Shown here piece by piece: positions 38,387 through 50,917 of a DNA stretch of 64,000 nt. The translations under genes and the position numbers were made by a program. The number at the start of each line of letters is the position of its first letter. The stretch's first letter is position 1. The DNA is from Eledone cirrhosa (lineage: Eukaryota), in contig OZ024754.1 in assembly GCA_964016885.1 (NCBI GenBank), forward strand, positions 37,324,001 through 37,388,000, written 5' to 3'. Under the pieces are notes generated by a model that saw nothing but the letters and a program-made list of their open reading frames with translations, was not told the DNA's origin and made no database searches.

Positions 38387-38591
38387 GTGTGTATATCTAT
38401 GAATATGTAAATATATGTGTATATATATATATATTATATATATATATATATTAGAAAATGAGTCTTTTTTAATGAAAAAACAAGATGTCCTACATGAGTG
38501 AAAGTATAAAGAAAAGAAATCGAAAATGCAACTGGAGTCTTTTTAAGAATATTTACTTTTTATTTTCCAGTTGCATTTTCGATTTCTTTTC

Positions 38592-38623
<32 letters not shown>

Positions 38624-38627
<4 letters not shown>

Positions 38628-38913
38628 AAAGTTCTATTTAAATTTGTTGGGATACAACAAGTAAATATTTTTATAACTGATATAAAGCACTCGACAAATT
38701 TTTGGAGTAGATATACGATATTAATAAATGGAAACTATATTTATAAAACCATATTTATTTCATTATACATATTTTACAAACCTATTTGTAAAACTGTTAT
38801 ATATTGTATTTTGTCTGATGAAGGCATACCATAATTTAATGTGGTATCCCTGAAATATGTATAATGAAATAAATATGGTTTTATAAATATAGTTTCCATT
38901 TATTAATATCGTA

Positions 38914-38916
<3 letters not shown>
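38624..38916. mobile_element. family E element with inverted arms; hammerhead at 38807-38871 (+)
   Basis: TATTTTGT CTGATGA AGGcATACCATAatttaaTGTGGTATcCCT GAAA tatgta TA ATGAAATA; arms 38711-38774 / 38853-38916. Confidence 0.75.
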
Positions 38917-38944
<28 letters not shown>

Positions 38945-39470
38945 ATATATATATAATAGAGAGTCAGGGCCAGGCAGCTGAGATTGCCGTTCCAACACCA
39001 AATTCCAGAGCGGAGATTTATCTAACATCCCAAGTATTGAGTACTCTACTGAATTATGTGTGTCTAGAGCATATAGGGTATTATAATGCCTTCATGGATG
39101 TGTATTTCAGACATGTAAGACAGTTAAGGAAGAACACATTGATTGTTCGTTTTAGTTTTTAACCATTTCTGTTTCACATTTGAAAAGAGAGTTATACCCC
39201 TGAAATATCATGTTGAAATATACTGGGTAAAACATTACTTTTTTTTTTGTTTTATTTTCCCTCCTTTACTCTTTATACATTGCTACCACCTTGTACCAGC
39301 TTTTTTCAAATTTATCAGTCATTTATTAAACACACACACGCATATATATATATATATATATATATATCAAAAGTATATATTGAGTTAAATACTCACATTA
39401 GTCCCTTATAATTAAAATACCTCAAGTAAAAAAAAAAATTTTCCGAGCCTTATAATATGATATAATGAAG

Positions 39471-39636
39471 AGAGACAAACACAGATATATACATATATTC
39501 ATTCAAATCACAAGGGGCATAAACCGCTAGGGTGAAGAAAATACTAAGAATATTCTTAGTAAGTATTTTCTTCACCCTAGCGGTTTACCTCCCTTGTGAT
39601 TTGAACGCATATGTGTATATATCTGTGATTGTCTCT
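39471..39636. repeat. imperfect ~75-bp inverted repeat in microsatellite context
   Basis: TTCAAATCACAAGGG..TAAACCGCTAGGGTGAAGAAAATACT / AGTATTTTCTTCACCCTAGCGGTTTA..CCCTTGTGATTTGAA. Confidence 0.8.
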
Positions 39637-39716
39637 ATTATATATATATATATGTCCCAAGGCTCTGATACCATCAACACTATAAACACAGAGCTGGAAT
39701 ATCTAAGAACTGACTA

Positions 39717-39772
39717 ACTGCCTGATGAGGTCATAGCCATTCAATGGCTATCATCGAAATATATATAGCAGT
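39717..39772 (+). ncRNA. minimal type-I hammerhead ribozyme (family A), canonical core
   Basis: ACTGC CTGATGA Ggtc ATAGCCAT tca ATGGCTAT catC GAAA tatata TA GCAGT, then AATAAA; preceded by an ORF end (...INTELEYLRTD*). Confidence 0.85.
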
Positions 39773-40032
39773 AAATAAAGGATTATGAGTACATGCAATT
39801 GACTTATGATTCGTCACTATATATATATATATATATATTTGTTATATTGTTATGTTTGAGGATGGGCATGTTTCAAATTTTGCCTATAAAATACGTAATA
39901 TTTGACTTTCACTTCAGTTTTATCATTAATCATTAGTTAGGTTGTCATATCTCTTTTGTCACATGTTCTTGCAAAACCAATACATAAACGTGATATATAT
40001 ATATATGTTTATGCCGGGTTATATATATATAT

Positions 40033-40223
40033 AATTATATTCGGGGATGGTCATGTAGCCAATAAGAACAAATGCACCCTATGATTTTCACTTAATCTTT
40101 TTTTACTAGTTAATCATTAGTTCATCAAAGGTCTTTCGTCACACATTCTGTGACCTCATCAATGACTATTTGTTCTCTTTTGTGCCTCTTCTTCTTTCTG
40201 GACTTAATCTGTTACTCTTGTCT

Positions 40224-40225
<2 letters not shown>
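40033..40225 (-). mobile_element. family C element; hammerhead at 40124-40166 (C3U variant)
   Basis: GTCA TTGATGA gGTCACA gaatg TGTGAC GAAA gacc TT TGAT; ends ATG ACC ATC CCC GAA TAT AAT; a related fragment lies at 39840-39965. Confidence 0.6.
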
Positions 40226-40320
<95 letters not shown>

Positions 40321-40396
40321 CATATAAAATGCTTGCACACTTCAGGAAAAGAACATTTTGTATAAAAATGTTAATACTAATTTACTATAGTACACA

Positions 40397-40452
<56 letters not shown>

Positions 40453-40806
40453 ATATACACACACACATACATACATAGATATATACATATATTTGAATGT
40501 ATATATATGTATGTATGCAGTGTATGTGTATTTAATAAACTCATTTCACCTTTATTATCAGTATTAACAAAATTTTTTTTATAATTTTTGAATTGCCAGC
40601 ATGTCTGGTTAGCTCTCACGGTTTGAGGCCAAATATTGGAATATTTTCATTGTTATTCAGGATTTAACGGAAGTACTTCTACACTTTACCGATATTATAT
40701 GTATTTAACCTATTTTGTTATCTAGAAATTGACTAATGTCTAAATCTTGGGTGGGCAACCTTTTCAATCTGAACAGCCACTTTTTGCTAATAATAATAAT
40801 AATAAT

Positions 40807-41357
40807 ATTGTTTCTACGTTAGGCACAAGGCCAGCAATCACCCAGTACATTACTGGTACTTTATTTTATCGACCCCCGTAAGGATGAAAGGCAAAGTTAA
40901 CCTCGGCGAATTTGAAGTGAGAACGTAAAGGGCCATAACACTATCCTGAAAAACATGGTGTCTGATGCTCTACTGATACTGCTAATAATAATAATAATAA
41001 TAATAATTGTTTCTACTTTAGGCACAAGGCCAGCAATTATCCCAGTGCATTACTGGTACTTTATTTTATCGACCCCGTAAGGATGATAGGCAAACTTAAC
41101 CTCGGCGAATTTGAAGTCAGAACGTAAAGGGCCATAACACTATCCTGAAAAACATGGTGTCTGATGCTCTACTGATACTGCTAATAATAATAATAATAAT
41201 AATAATAATGGTTTCTGATGTAGGCACAAGGCCAGCAATTTTGGGGAGGAGGAGAAAGTAAATAAAATTGACCCCAGTGCATTACTGGTGCTTTATTTTA
41301 TCAACCTCGTAAGGATGAAAGGCAAAGTTAACCTTGGTGGAATTTGAACTCAGAACA
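40807..41357 (-). mobile_element. three tandem tRNA/Nin-type SINEs
   Basis: Repeated ATTGTTTCTAC..GGCACAAGGCCAGCAAT..GGTACTTTATTTTATCGACCCC separated by (AAT)n. Confidence 0.85.
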
Positions 41358-41359
41358 AT

Positions 41360-41690
41360 GGAGGCACATGGCTTAGTGGTTAGAGCATTGGCCTTGCAAT
41401 CGAAAGGTTGTGAGTTCAATTCTCAGACCGGGTGATGTGTTGTTTCCTTGAGCAAGACACTTTATTTCACATTGCTCCAGTTTACTCAGCTGTAGAAATG
41501 AGATGATAGGGACTGGGGTCCATATCATTCCACTGCAAAGTGGTTGTGGAGGTGCCACGGCAAAAAAAGCACCCAGCACTCACTGTAAATGAGGTTGGTG
41601 TTAGGAAGGGCATCCAGCTGTAGAAATCAAGTCAGAGTCAGTTCCCGTCCCACCCTTGCAAGCAGGGAAAAGCGGACGTAAAATGAAATG
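41360..41690 (+). mobile_element. full-length tRNA-SINE with RTE tail
   Basis: GGAGGCACATGGCTTAGTGGTTAGAGC (A box), GAGTTCAATTC (B box), central domain, GGAAGGGCATCCAGCTGTAG module, tail CCCACCCTTGCAAGCAGGGAAAAGCGGACGTAAAATGA. Confidence 0.9.
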
Positions 41691-41833
41691 AATGATGAAT
41701 GAACGTAAAGAACCGTAACTCATGGTGTCTGATGCTAGAGCCAATTGTGTACATTTCTGTGTACATGACTATTGTACATAAAAAGCTATGTAATGAAAGT
41801 TTTACAAGAGAAGCTGGTAAGAACTATCTAGTT

Positions 41834-41900
41834 CAGTCATGGGCAACCTGCGGCCCGCAAGCCACATACGGCTCACAAAGCTTTCTGACTGGCTCGCCTA
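41834..41900 (+). mobile_element. hAT (Charlie-like) transposon left end
   Basis: CAGTCATGGGCAACCTGCGGCCCGCAAGCCACATACGGCTC; a similar end lies at about 40745. Confidence 0.55.
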
Positions 41901-42104
41901 AGTCACCTTAGTGAAATCTTTCTGATTTTTTTACAACTTTTCAGTCGGAATTTATCTTTCTATCATTTTTACGATTGAGGAAAACAACGTGTACGAATTC
42001 TGGTCTACTTCTAGATTTGTTTTGTGGAAATAATTCTCTCTCTCTCTCTCTATATATATATATCATCATCATCACTGTTTTACGTCCATTCTTGCTCATA
42101 CGGG

Positions 42105-42147
<43 letters not shown>

Positions 42148-42151
42148 CATA

Positions 42152-42289
42152 CCATATTTCCCAGTGTCAAAAAAAATCTATCATGCATCCTGGAGGCCAA
42201 AGGTTGTTTCTTTTTTTTTTCAAATTTTTGTTTGTCAAAATTTGAGTGCGTCCTCGAGGACAAAGTGTCTTTGGCGCCAGGAAATACGG
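42152..42289. mobile_element. Tc1/mariner-superfamily (Tc2-like) MITE
   Basis: TA|CCATATTTCCCAGTGTCAAA ... TTTGGCGCCAGGAAATACGG|TA; 15 of 20 TIR positions match; TA TSD. Confidence 0.65.
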
Positions 42290-42704
42290 TATCTATCTAT
42301 CTATCTATATATATATATATTGTGATAAAAAACTCAAAACATGTTTTATGATTTGAATTCATTATCTATATATATGACAAGAAAAGAACAGCAGTAATCT
42401 AACTACTTGTATTTACCCCTACCCCACTACTACCTGTATTTACCCCTAAGCCACTACTACCTGTATTTACCCCTACCCCACTTATAGATACAGACAACAT
42501 TGTATTTGAATTGAATGTGTTTTATTTGGAGTTTATTTAATCTTTATAAAACAAGGTTTATCTTATCTCTTCTGTAAAGTTGAGTAAAGCTTTATATAAA
42601 TATTATATAAATTGATTTGATGTCCCACTTGATATTTTGATTAAATGACACCTGTTGGTTTTTGAACCTCCTTGACATGACAAAAATACCTATAGAGAGA
42701 ATGT

Positions 42705-43345
42705 CTGTGTGTGAGGTCATTGAGTGTGTGTGAGGTCATTGAGTGTGTGTGAGTGTGTGTTTGTATGTGTTTGTGAGTGTATGTGTGTGAGTGAGTATGT
42801 GTGTGTGAGTGTGTGTTTGTATGTGTGTGAGTGTGTGTGTGTATGTGTGTGAGTGAGTATGTGTGTGTGAGTGTGTGTTTGTATGTGTTTGTGAGTGTGT
42901 GTGTGTGTGAGTGAGTATGTGTTTGTGAGTGTGTGTGTGTGTGTGAGTGAGTATGTGCCTGTGTGTGAGGTCATTGCGTGTGTGTGTGAGTGTGTGTTTG
43001 TTTGTATGTGTGTGTGAGTGTGTGAGGTCATTGCGAGTATGTGTTTGTGAGTGTGTGTGTGTGTGTGAGTGAGTATGTGTGTGTGTGTGTGTTTGTATGT
43101 GTGTGTGTGTGTGTGTATGTGTGGGAGTGAGTATGTGTGTGTGAGTGTTTGTTTGTATGTGTGTGTGAGTGTGTGAGGTCATTGCGAGTATGTGTTTGTG
43201 AGTGTGTGTGTGTGTGTGTGTGTGAGTGAGTATGTGAGTGTGTGTGTGTGAGTGAGTATGTGAGTGTGTGTGTGTGTGAGTGAGTATGTGTGTGTGAGTG
43301 TGTCTGTGTGTGAGGTCATTGCGAGTGTGGTGAGTGTGTGTGTGT
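42705..43345. repeat. (GT)n/(GAGT)n compound satellite punctuated by GAGGTCATT
   Basis: Direct reading. Confidence 0.85.
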
Positions 43346-43489
43346 GTATCCTGCTTCTCTTATTTTTGTTGGTGTTGTTGTTGCTGCTGCATTTGTTGTT
43401 ATTGGAAATAATGAAGTGGACATTTCATTGGAATGACAGTCAACCAGTGTTTCAGGGTAGCTTTCTTCACCACCCCACCCCAACTTGAG

Positions 43490-43574
43490 GAGTCTACCCC
43501 TCTTCTAACATTACACATCAATGTGTGTGTGTGTGTGTGTGTGTACAAGTCTATCCCTCTTCTAAGATTACATA

Positions 43575-43657
<83 letters not shown>

Positions 43658-43691
43658 GTGTACAAGTCTATCCCTCTTCTAAGATTACATA

Positions 43692-43727
<36 letters not shown>

Positions 43728-43790
43728 TATATGTGTGTGTGTATGTGTGTACAAGTCTATCCCTCTTCTAAGATTACATATCAATGTGTG
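43490..43790. repeat. 35-bp repeat x4 separated by (GT)n tracts
   Basis: ACAAGTCTATCCCTCTTCTAAGATTACATATCAAT. Confidence 0.85.
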
Positions 43791-44299
43791 GGTGTGTGTG
43801 TGTCTGTATGTGTGTGTGTGTGTGTGTGTGTATGCGTGTGTGTATGTAGATTGTCATGTAGATTACCAAATTAAATCTTATATTGTCCTCCAGTAATACA
43901 GAAGACCCAAGTTCCCACAGGTACAAGCTGAAGCATATAGACAATATGCCCGTATGCCCCCCCCCCACTGTAAGGTGGTCATAGAGGTGTAAATGAGGTT
44001 GGTTTTAGGAAGGGCATCCAGCTGTAGAAACTGAGCCAAAATCAGTTCCCGTATGAGCAAGACATGGTCACCTGACCTGACATTGTCCACAACAAGACAA
44101 CCCATCAAACCCATGCTAGCGTGGAAACATTTACGTAAAACGGTGATGATGATGAGGATTTGGGGTTCAAAACCAGTTTTTTTTTTCAGTTAATGCTATG
44201 TATATTTCTCATCTGGGAATTCATGTCATTGGCCAAATATGAACATATTTCTCACTATTACATTTCAAATATATAAATGTCTAAATTTTTTATAGTAAG

Positions 44300-44845
44300 G
44301 GCATTCAATGAGAGAAAACCTGCCAGATAAAAGATCAGCAGGGCTCTTCAGCTGTGTCAGAAACTTGGCAATCTCTTAAGTATTGATAAGCTACATAACA
44401 AAAGCAGCCAGTAAACTCAGTAAAAGGGTGGCTGATAGGAGTGACACCCAGCCATAGAAAACCTGTCAAATAAAGGATTGGTAGGATTATTCAGCTGAGT
44501 CAAAGACATGAAAACCTCTCTAGTGTTAGTAATCTACATGACAACTGCACTCAATACATTCTGTAAAATGATTGCTGATAAGAAAGTCCGACAGCCATAG
44601 AAAACCTGTGAAAGAAAGGTTTTAGAGGAGTATTCAGCTGTGTCAAAGATATGATAATCTCCCCTAGTGCTGGGGTCACAATAAAATACACACAGTAGAG
44701 TGTAGCAACATATGTATGTGAGATATAAACCCCTGGCCTATCTGAGGGGTCAGTAACTCTACTTAAGTACTGGCTCGGTCTGTGAAAACCCATCCAACCC
44801 TTGCTAGTGGGTAAGTTGGATATTAAATGATGATGATGATGATGA
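44300..44845 (+). repeat. three diverged 143-bp units ending in an RTE-like tail
   Basis: GAAAACCTG at 44314, 44457 and 44600; ends CCAACCCTTGCTAGTGGG...(GAT)n. Confidence 0.65.
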
Positions 44846-44849
44846 TAAT

Positions 44850-45270
44850 ATCATCATCATCATTTTATGTCCGCTTTTCCCTGCTTGTAAAAGTGGGACG
44901 GGTCCTATTCAGCACGGCACTTTGTCATTTCCTCTGTGAGCTTCAGCAATCTGAGGTTTGCTCTCACCACCTCCGCCCATGTTTTTCATGGTCTTCCTCC
45001 ACTGCGTCTTCCTTCCACTGGGTTTATACTTGACACTTCTTCACCCAGCGGTCATCCTCCATGCGCATCACATGTCCATACCAATGCAGTCTTCTCTCCC
45101 GCATACTACAGCCTATCCCTCTTATACACAGTTTCTCTCTCAACTCATCTATGCTTGGTTATTCACGCACATTGACATTGTATAGCCAATGGAGCATGCT
45201 TGCTTCATTTCTCTCCAGCCGTCACATATCCTCCACAGTTCCTGCCCATATCTCACTACCATGCAACATG
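44850..45270 (-). mobile_element. RTE-clade LINE 3' end (decayed), source-type of the 5S/tRNA SINE tail
   Basis: MLHGSEIWA...RLERNEASML...RERRLHWYGHVMRM...GRP*KTWAEVV; 3' end CCCGTCCCACTTTTACAAGCAGGGAAAAGCGGACATAAAA(TGA)n. Confidence 0.9.
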
Positions 45271-45291
45271 ATATATATATATATAATAATG

Positions 45292-45574
45292 TAACGAAGG
45301 AAGTGTGGTAAGGAACCAGGTGGACCATAACGCACCAGAGTACACAATACTTAGGGTAGTAGAGTGGGTAATAGGAAAATGTTCAAGACCTCAACGGCAG
45401 GCAGAGCTCAAGCCATTTCGACGGCTATTTAAGACCCCGACGGCAGAGCTCAAGCCGTTTCGACAGCTATTTAAGACTCCGACGGCAGAGCTCAAGCCGT
45501 TTCGACAGCTATTTCTAAAAATAGCCGTCGAAACGGCTTGAGCTCTGCTGTCGGGCTCTTGAACATTTTCCTAT
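45292..45574. mobile_element. family F element with three tandem 42-bp half-hammerhead units plus an inverted copy
   Basis: AAGACCCCGACGGCAGAGCTCAAGCCGTTTCGACAGCTATTT x3 (45385-45514), then inverted at 45519-45574. Confidence 0.7.
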
Positions 45575-46224
45575 ATAATAATGTATATATTTGAAATACA
45601 ATACTGTAAATGTTTTTATAACCTCCCTTGTAGAAATTAGTAAAATTTCCTTTTGAGCACTGATAACTTTTAAAGTAGCATCTGAGACAATGATTGATAT
45701 TGTAAACTATCAAAACATACAATAACTCTGAGGATTTCTCAATAGAAATGTCTTCATATGTTAGTCTCAATACGCATGGCTAGACACAGTATGTTCTGAC
45801 TCCTGGAAAACTGTGATAGTTGTGTTATATGCTTTATCAATAAAGTCCTTCACTGCAAGGATTGCATCTATTCATCTAATGTATGGTATGGCATCAAAGA
45901 CTAATGGTAGTTCAAGCAAGAGATGTTACTACAGAAGTGACACTTTATAGTTGTTGTTCTTATCAAATTCAGTTGGTTTTGATATTGACAATGGTGGAGA
46001 CACAGAAAGAATCAATAAATAGTTTTACTTTCTCTTTTTCTCATATTCCTTGCACATATGTATATATATGTGTGCGTCTGTGTGTATATATATATATATA
46101 TTTACATGTGTGTGTTTATGTCTACAAATATGTGTGCTCATACAGACATACTTAGGATAACAGAGATCTGAAAATGGCTATTCTTTGAGTAGTAAAAATC
46201 TTTAAAATGATCAAAAATTATATA

Positions 46225-46504
46225 TATATATTTCGTTTCTGAATTTGTTTACAAAGATTCTTTATCTGAACACACACAAAAACAAGATGGCGTAGGACAG
46301 AACAAAGGAGAGGCACAAAACAAAGAAATGAATCCCCGGTCACTGAAGAGGTCACAGAATGTGTGACGAAAGAACTTTGACAATATATGAACAACCGTCT
46401 GGTTGTGGAACCAACCAACCAACCAAAAATTTATAATAAATTGGAGTGAAAGCAATTGGTGCGTGTGTTTTTGATTGGCAACATGACCCTCCCAAAGTAT
46501 AACA

Positions 46505-46506
<2 letters not shown>
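46225..46506 (+). mobile_element. family C element; hammerhead at 46339-46381
   Basis: GTCA CTGAAGA gGTCACA gaatg TGTGAC GAAA gaac TT TGAC; ends ATG ACC CTC CCA AAG TAT AAC. Confidence 0.7.
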
Positions 46507-46541
<35 letters not shown>

Positions 46542-46579
46542 TACATACATATATATATATATATATGTATGTATGTATG

Positions 46580-46955
46580 CTCTCCTCTTACAAGCCATAC
46601 TTCTACACCTAGTCTACTTAAGGGCCATCAAAGACTTCCCTAGACCAACAAAAGCTAGATATAGTGGCTTATTCTTAGCTAGGAACATCTGTTATAACTG
46701 CCTCACTCAGAAGAGGGCATATCTGGTGCTCCCTCCTGATACAAAACTAAACTGCATCTCATCTATTTTGACTTTTCTCCTTAAATTAACTGTTCTAAGA
46801 CTCTTTCTCTTACATTCATAATTTGATCCATGTTTAATCACCCTTTTTCTTGTAACAATGATTATACTGCTACACCAGCCATGCGGTATGACCCTTTAAT
46901 GTATTACTTGATTGACTATATGGATGACTAGCTCAAATCTTATTTCACCATCCTT
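46580..46955 (-). pseudogene. RTE LINE reverse transcriptase fragment (decayed)
   Basis: KVKIDEMQFSFVSGGSTRYALF*VRQL*QMFLAKNKPLYLAFVGLGKS..LGVEVWLVR matches RT motifs 'QFGF..GRST.DAIF..RQLQEK...LYLAFVDLEKAFD'. Confidence 0.85.
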
Positions 46956-46957
46956 AT

Positions 46958-47150
46958 CGGCGGTGGATTGGCAGTATCGGTAGAGGGTCGGACGCCATGC
47001 TTTGATGCATAGAGTTACGGCCCTTGCCATTCTGAGTTCAAATCCTGCCGAGGTTAACTTTGCCTTTCATCCTTACGGGGTCAATAAAATAAAGTACCAG
47101 TAATGTACTGGGTAATTTTGCTGGCCTTGTGCCAAAAGTAGAAACAATTA
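46958..47150 (+). mobile_element. tRNA/Nin-type SINE
   Basis: GGCGGTGGATTGGCAGTATCGGTAGAG...; further copies at 48964-49165 and 56082-56290. Confidence 0.85.
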
Positions 47151-47839
47151 TTTCAGCATCCTAGAGTTTATCTTTAATGGTCCAGCTGCTTTTTCTATTT
47201 TTCATCACTTCAATTGCTTGTTTGACCCTATAACTGTCAAATTCGATAGTTGGTCCCCGGTATATTTATCCTTATGTAAGTAAAATATTTCAGATTTATA
47301 AGATAATCTACATGTCTCCAGGTTAGCTTTGACTTTCAATCTTACGAATTCAATAAAGTAAAGTACCAGTAAAAAAAATGGGGCCAATTTAATCAATTTT
47401 CCCCTTCCTCCAACTCCAAAAGTGTTGCCCTTGTGCCTAAATAAAAAAAAAAAATAATAATAAATGTAAAGGGAATGTGAAGGGTGCAGCAAACCCTACA
47501 ACCCAGCCTAGTTGCACCCCATGGAGAAAATAGCAAAGTCATTGCTGTGGAGAAAAGCAGTGACAGCCATAGTATCAGTTATTCCCCCTGACAGAGCTCT
47601 TTCTTAAGACAGGATACATTCCTCCCAGTTTTGCTGAGGAAAATGACAGTTTGGGGACCAAGGACACCAGTGACCCATGGTGACTTGCATGAAAAGGAAG
47701 TAGTCATTTCCTGGTATTTTGTTATCTTCCCCTACTTAGTATTATGGGCTGCAGTAGCTGAGGCTGCTGTCAAGTAGTTAGCCATATATACATAAATATA
47801 TATATATATATATATAAATACATATATATATATATATAA

Positions 47840-47886
<47 letters not shown>

Positions 47887-47888
47887 CA

Positions 47889-47953
<65 letters not shown>

Positions 47954-48015
47954 AAATACATATATATAAATACATATATATAAATACATATATATAAATA
48001 CATATATATAAATAC

Positions 48016-48050
<35 letters not shown>

Positions 48051-48398
48051 CATATATATGTGTATATATATATACATATATATGTGTATATATATATACA
48101 TATATATGTGTATATATATATGTATATATATGTGTATATATATATGTATATATATGTGTATATATATATATATATACATATATGTGTATATATATACATA
48201 TATGTGTATATATATACATATATGTGTATATATATACATATATGTGTATATATATACATATATGTGTATATATATACATATATGTGTATATATATACATA
48301 TATGTGTATATATATACATATACATGTGTATATATATATACATATATATGTGTATATATACATACATATATATGTGTATACATACATACATACATACA

Positions 48399-48434
<36 letters not shown>

Positions 48435-49237
48435 TATATATATCTCATCAGTCATCAGAATGAAAAAATCCTGGTGTAGATACTTGTGATTACACTCTTT
48501 TCTTCTTTATTTCCCCTCCATCTTCCTCTACCCATCATCACCATACCATAACCATCATCGTCACCACCACCATCACCACCATCACCACCACCACCATCAT
48601 CACCACATACATCTATTTCTACCTATCCTGTCCATCTTCATACATTCATTTCTCACACACACCTTTTTCCTTTTGTCATTTAAACATCTACCTGTGTTAT
48701 CTGTCTACTAAATTTCCATGTGAAAAGTCCATTGATTATCGGATAAAGAACAGACAATGAGAGACGTTTAGCTGCAGAACATAAAAACACAGCCATACTT
48801 CTTCACTGTAAACCCTACACGTGATCAAAAGACAATTGTTTATTCTATTATCTTCGTTTTCCATTAAAACGCTTGATTATGTCTTTTATAGCTGGTCATT
48901 AAAACACACAGATGATGTTTTTACAAGTTGCTGGCATATTTCGATCAGTTATTTAATAACCAAGGGCGGTGGATTGGCAGTATCGGTAGAGGGTCGGACG
49001 CCATGCTTTGAAGCATAGAGTTACGTCCCTTTACGATCTGGGTTCAAATCCCGCCGAGGTTGACTTTGCCTTTCATCCTTACGGGGGGGGGGGGGTCGTC
49101 GATGAAATAAAGTACCAGTAATGCACTGGGTAATTGCTGGCCTTGTGCCTAAAGTAGAAACAGTTATTTAATAAATGAGGGAGAAGTGTTTGCCATTTGT
49201 CTCAGTATAAGTGTGTGTCTATGAAATATATACATAT

Positions 49238-49770
49238 ATAGACCAGGTCTCTGAACAGGAAGGAACCAAACTCCCACTCTCACTGCCTCTGTCTCTTCTG
49301 TTCTCCCCATCTCTCACTTTTACACTACTACTACTACTACTATTACTACTACTACTGCCATATAGACCAGGTCTGAACAGAAAGGAACCAAACTCCTACT
49401 GTCACTGCCTCTGTCTCTTCTGTTCTCCCCATCTCTCACTTTTACAATACTACTACTACTACTACTACTGCCATATAGACCAGGGCTGAACAGAAAGGAA
49501 CCAAACTCCTACTTTCACTCTGCCTCTGTCTCTCCTTTTCTCCCCATCTCTCACTTTTACAATACTACTACTACTACTACTACCATATAGACCAGGGCTG
49601 AACAGAAAGGAACCAAACTCCCACTCTCACTGCCTCTGTCTCTTCTGTTCTCCCCATCTCTCACTTTTACAATACTACTACTACTACTACTACTATAGAC
49701 CAGGTCTGAACAGAAAGGAACCAAACTCCCACTCTCACTGCGTGTGTCTCTCCTGTTCTCCCTCACTTTT
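49238..49770. repeat. ~115-120-bp tandem repeat x5 with (CTA)n
   Basis: ATAGACCAGGTCTGAACAGAAAGGAACCAAACTCC recurs. Confidence 0.9.
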
Positions 49771-50100
49771 ACAAGTTGCTGATATATTTCGATCAGTTCT
49801 TCAATAAATGACCCTGCAATCAAAAATCAAAACTAAAGAAACTAAATGGAAGTTAGCAGCAAACTTGGCTGTCTGCTTTCTTCTTTTGTTCTTGTTTTTA
49901 TAGTTTTTTGTTATTGATTTTTGTCCCTTTCTTCCCCCCTTCCACCTGCCCATCGTTCTCTCCTTTCATCCACCCTTCTTTTTCCTCTACTACTGCCACT
50001 ACTACTAGCACTGCTGCTACTACTACTACTGCTGTTGCTTCTGCTGCTGCTACTACTACTACTACTACTGCAACTACTACTACTACTACTGTTGCTTCTG

Positions 50101-50131
<31 letters not shown>

Positions 50132-50481
50132 CACTGCTGCTTCTGCTGCTACCAGTACTACTAATACTACTACTACTAGCACTGCTGTTAATACTACTAC
50201 TACTATTACTACTACTACTACTGCTGCTACTTCTGCTACTACTACAACCACCACAATACTTACAATAATTCTAAAGCAGAGTTTTGGAATCAGCATATCC
50301 CCTTCATTTTTTCTAAACCTGAGAGTACACCATTGAAAAGTAGAAGAACAATAAAATACCACCACTAGGCACTGTAGAAACATTACGTATGTTAAAATAT
50401 TTAACCCTTTAGAATTTAGAGATCTTTGGCGCCATGCAGTTGTACAGAAGACCTGACTACCATTGCATACAAACCTACAGT

Positions 50482-50771
50482 CAGTAGGCACCTCTTAACT
50501 CAAAGTACACCCCCACCCCATCCTCATTCTCCTGTTCCGTCCACAGTTGATGACACAACAGTCCACACTGTAAGGTGGTCGTGTAGGAGACACAGTGAAA
50601 AGGCTCCCATTCCACACTGTAAATGTGGTTGGTGTTAGGAAGGGCATCCAGCTGTAAAAAAACCCTGCTAGAGACACTTCCGTACGAGCGAGACACGGTC
50701 TCCCAACCATTCCTGCATCAAATGGAACAAAACCGTCTAACCCATGCTAGCGTGGAAGATGGACGTTAAAC
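50482..50771 (+). mobile_element. RTE-LINE 3'UTR copy, inside a piggyBac-type MITE (about 50405-50932)
   Basis: Unexpanded homologue of 145-2220; MITE left end TTAACCCTTTAG at 50401, right part at 50772-50936. Confidence 0.8.
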
Positions 50772-50917
50772 TTACATAATTATCTCACATAATATTGAAT
50801 CTATGAGATTTTGATGTTATTTATTTTGAGAACAATACCTTAACATCAGTATAAGCGGTCAGTTACAGCCGGTTTGAACAGAAAAAGGGGAGAGAATTCT
50901 GGCCGGATATGGCCAGT

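Noticed and set aside
41360-41432. tRNA gene
   Set aside because: A and B boxes are present but the cloverleaf pairs poorly and the sequence continues into a SINE body and tail; the same applies to the other SINE heads.
43490-43790. Repeat-spacer pattern resembling CRISPR
   Set aside because: The spacers are (GT)n microsatellites; this is a tandem duplication with slippage.
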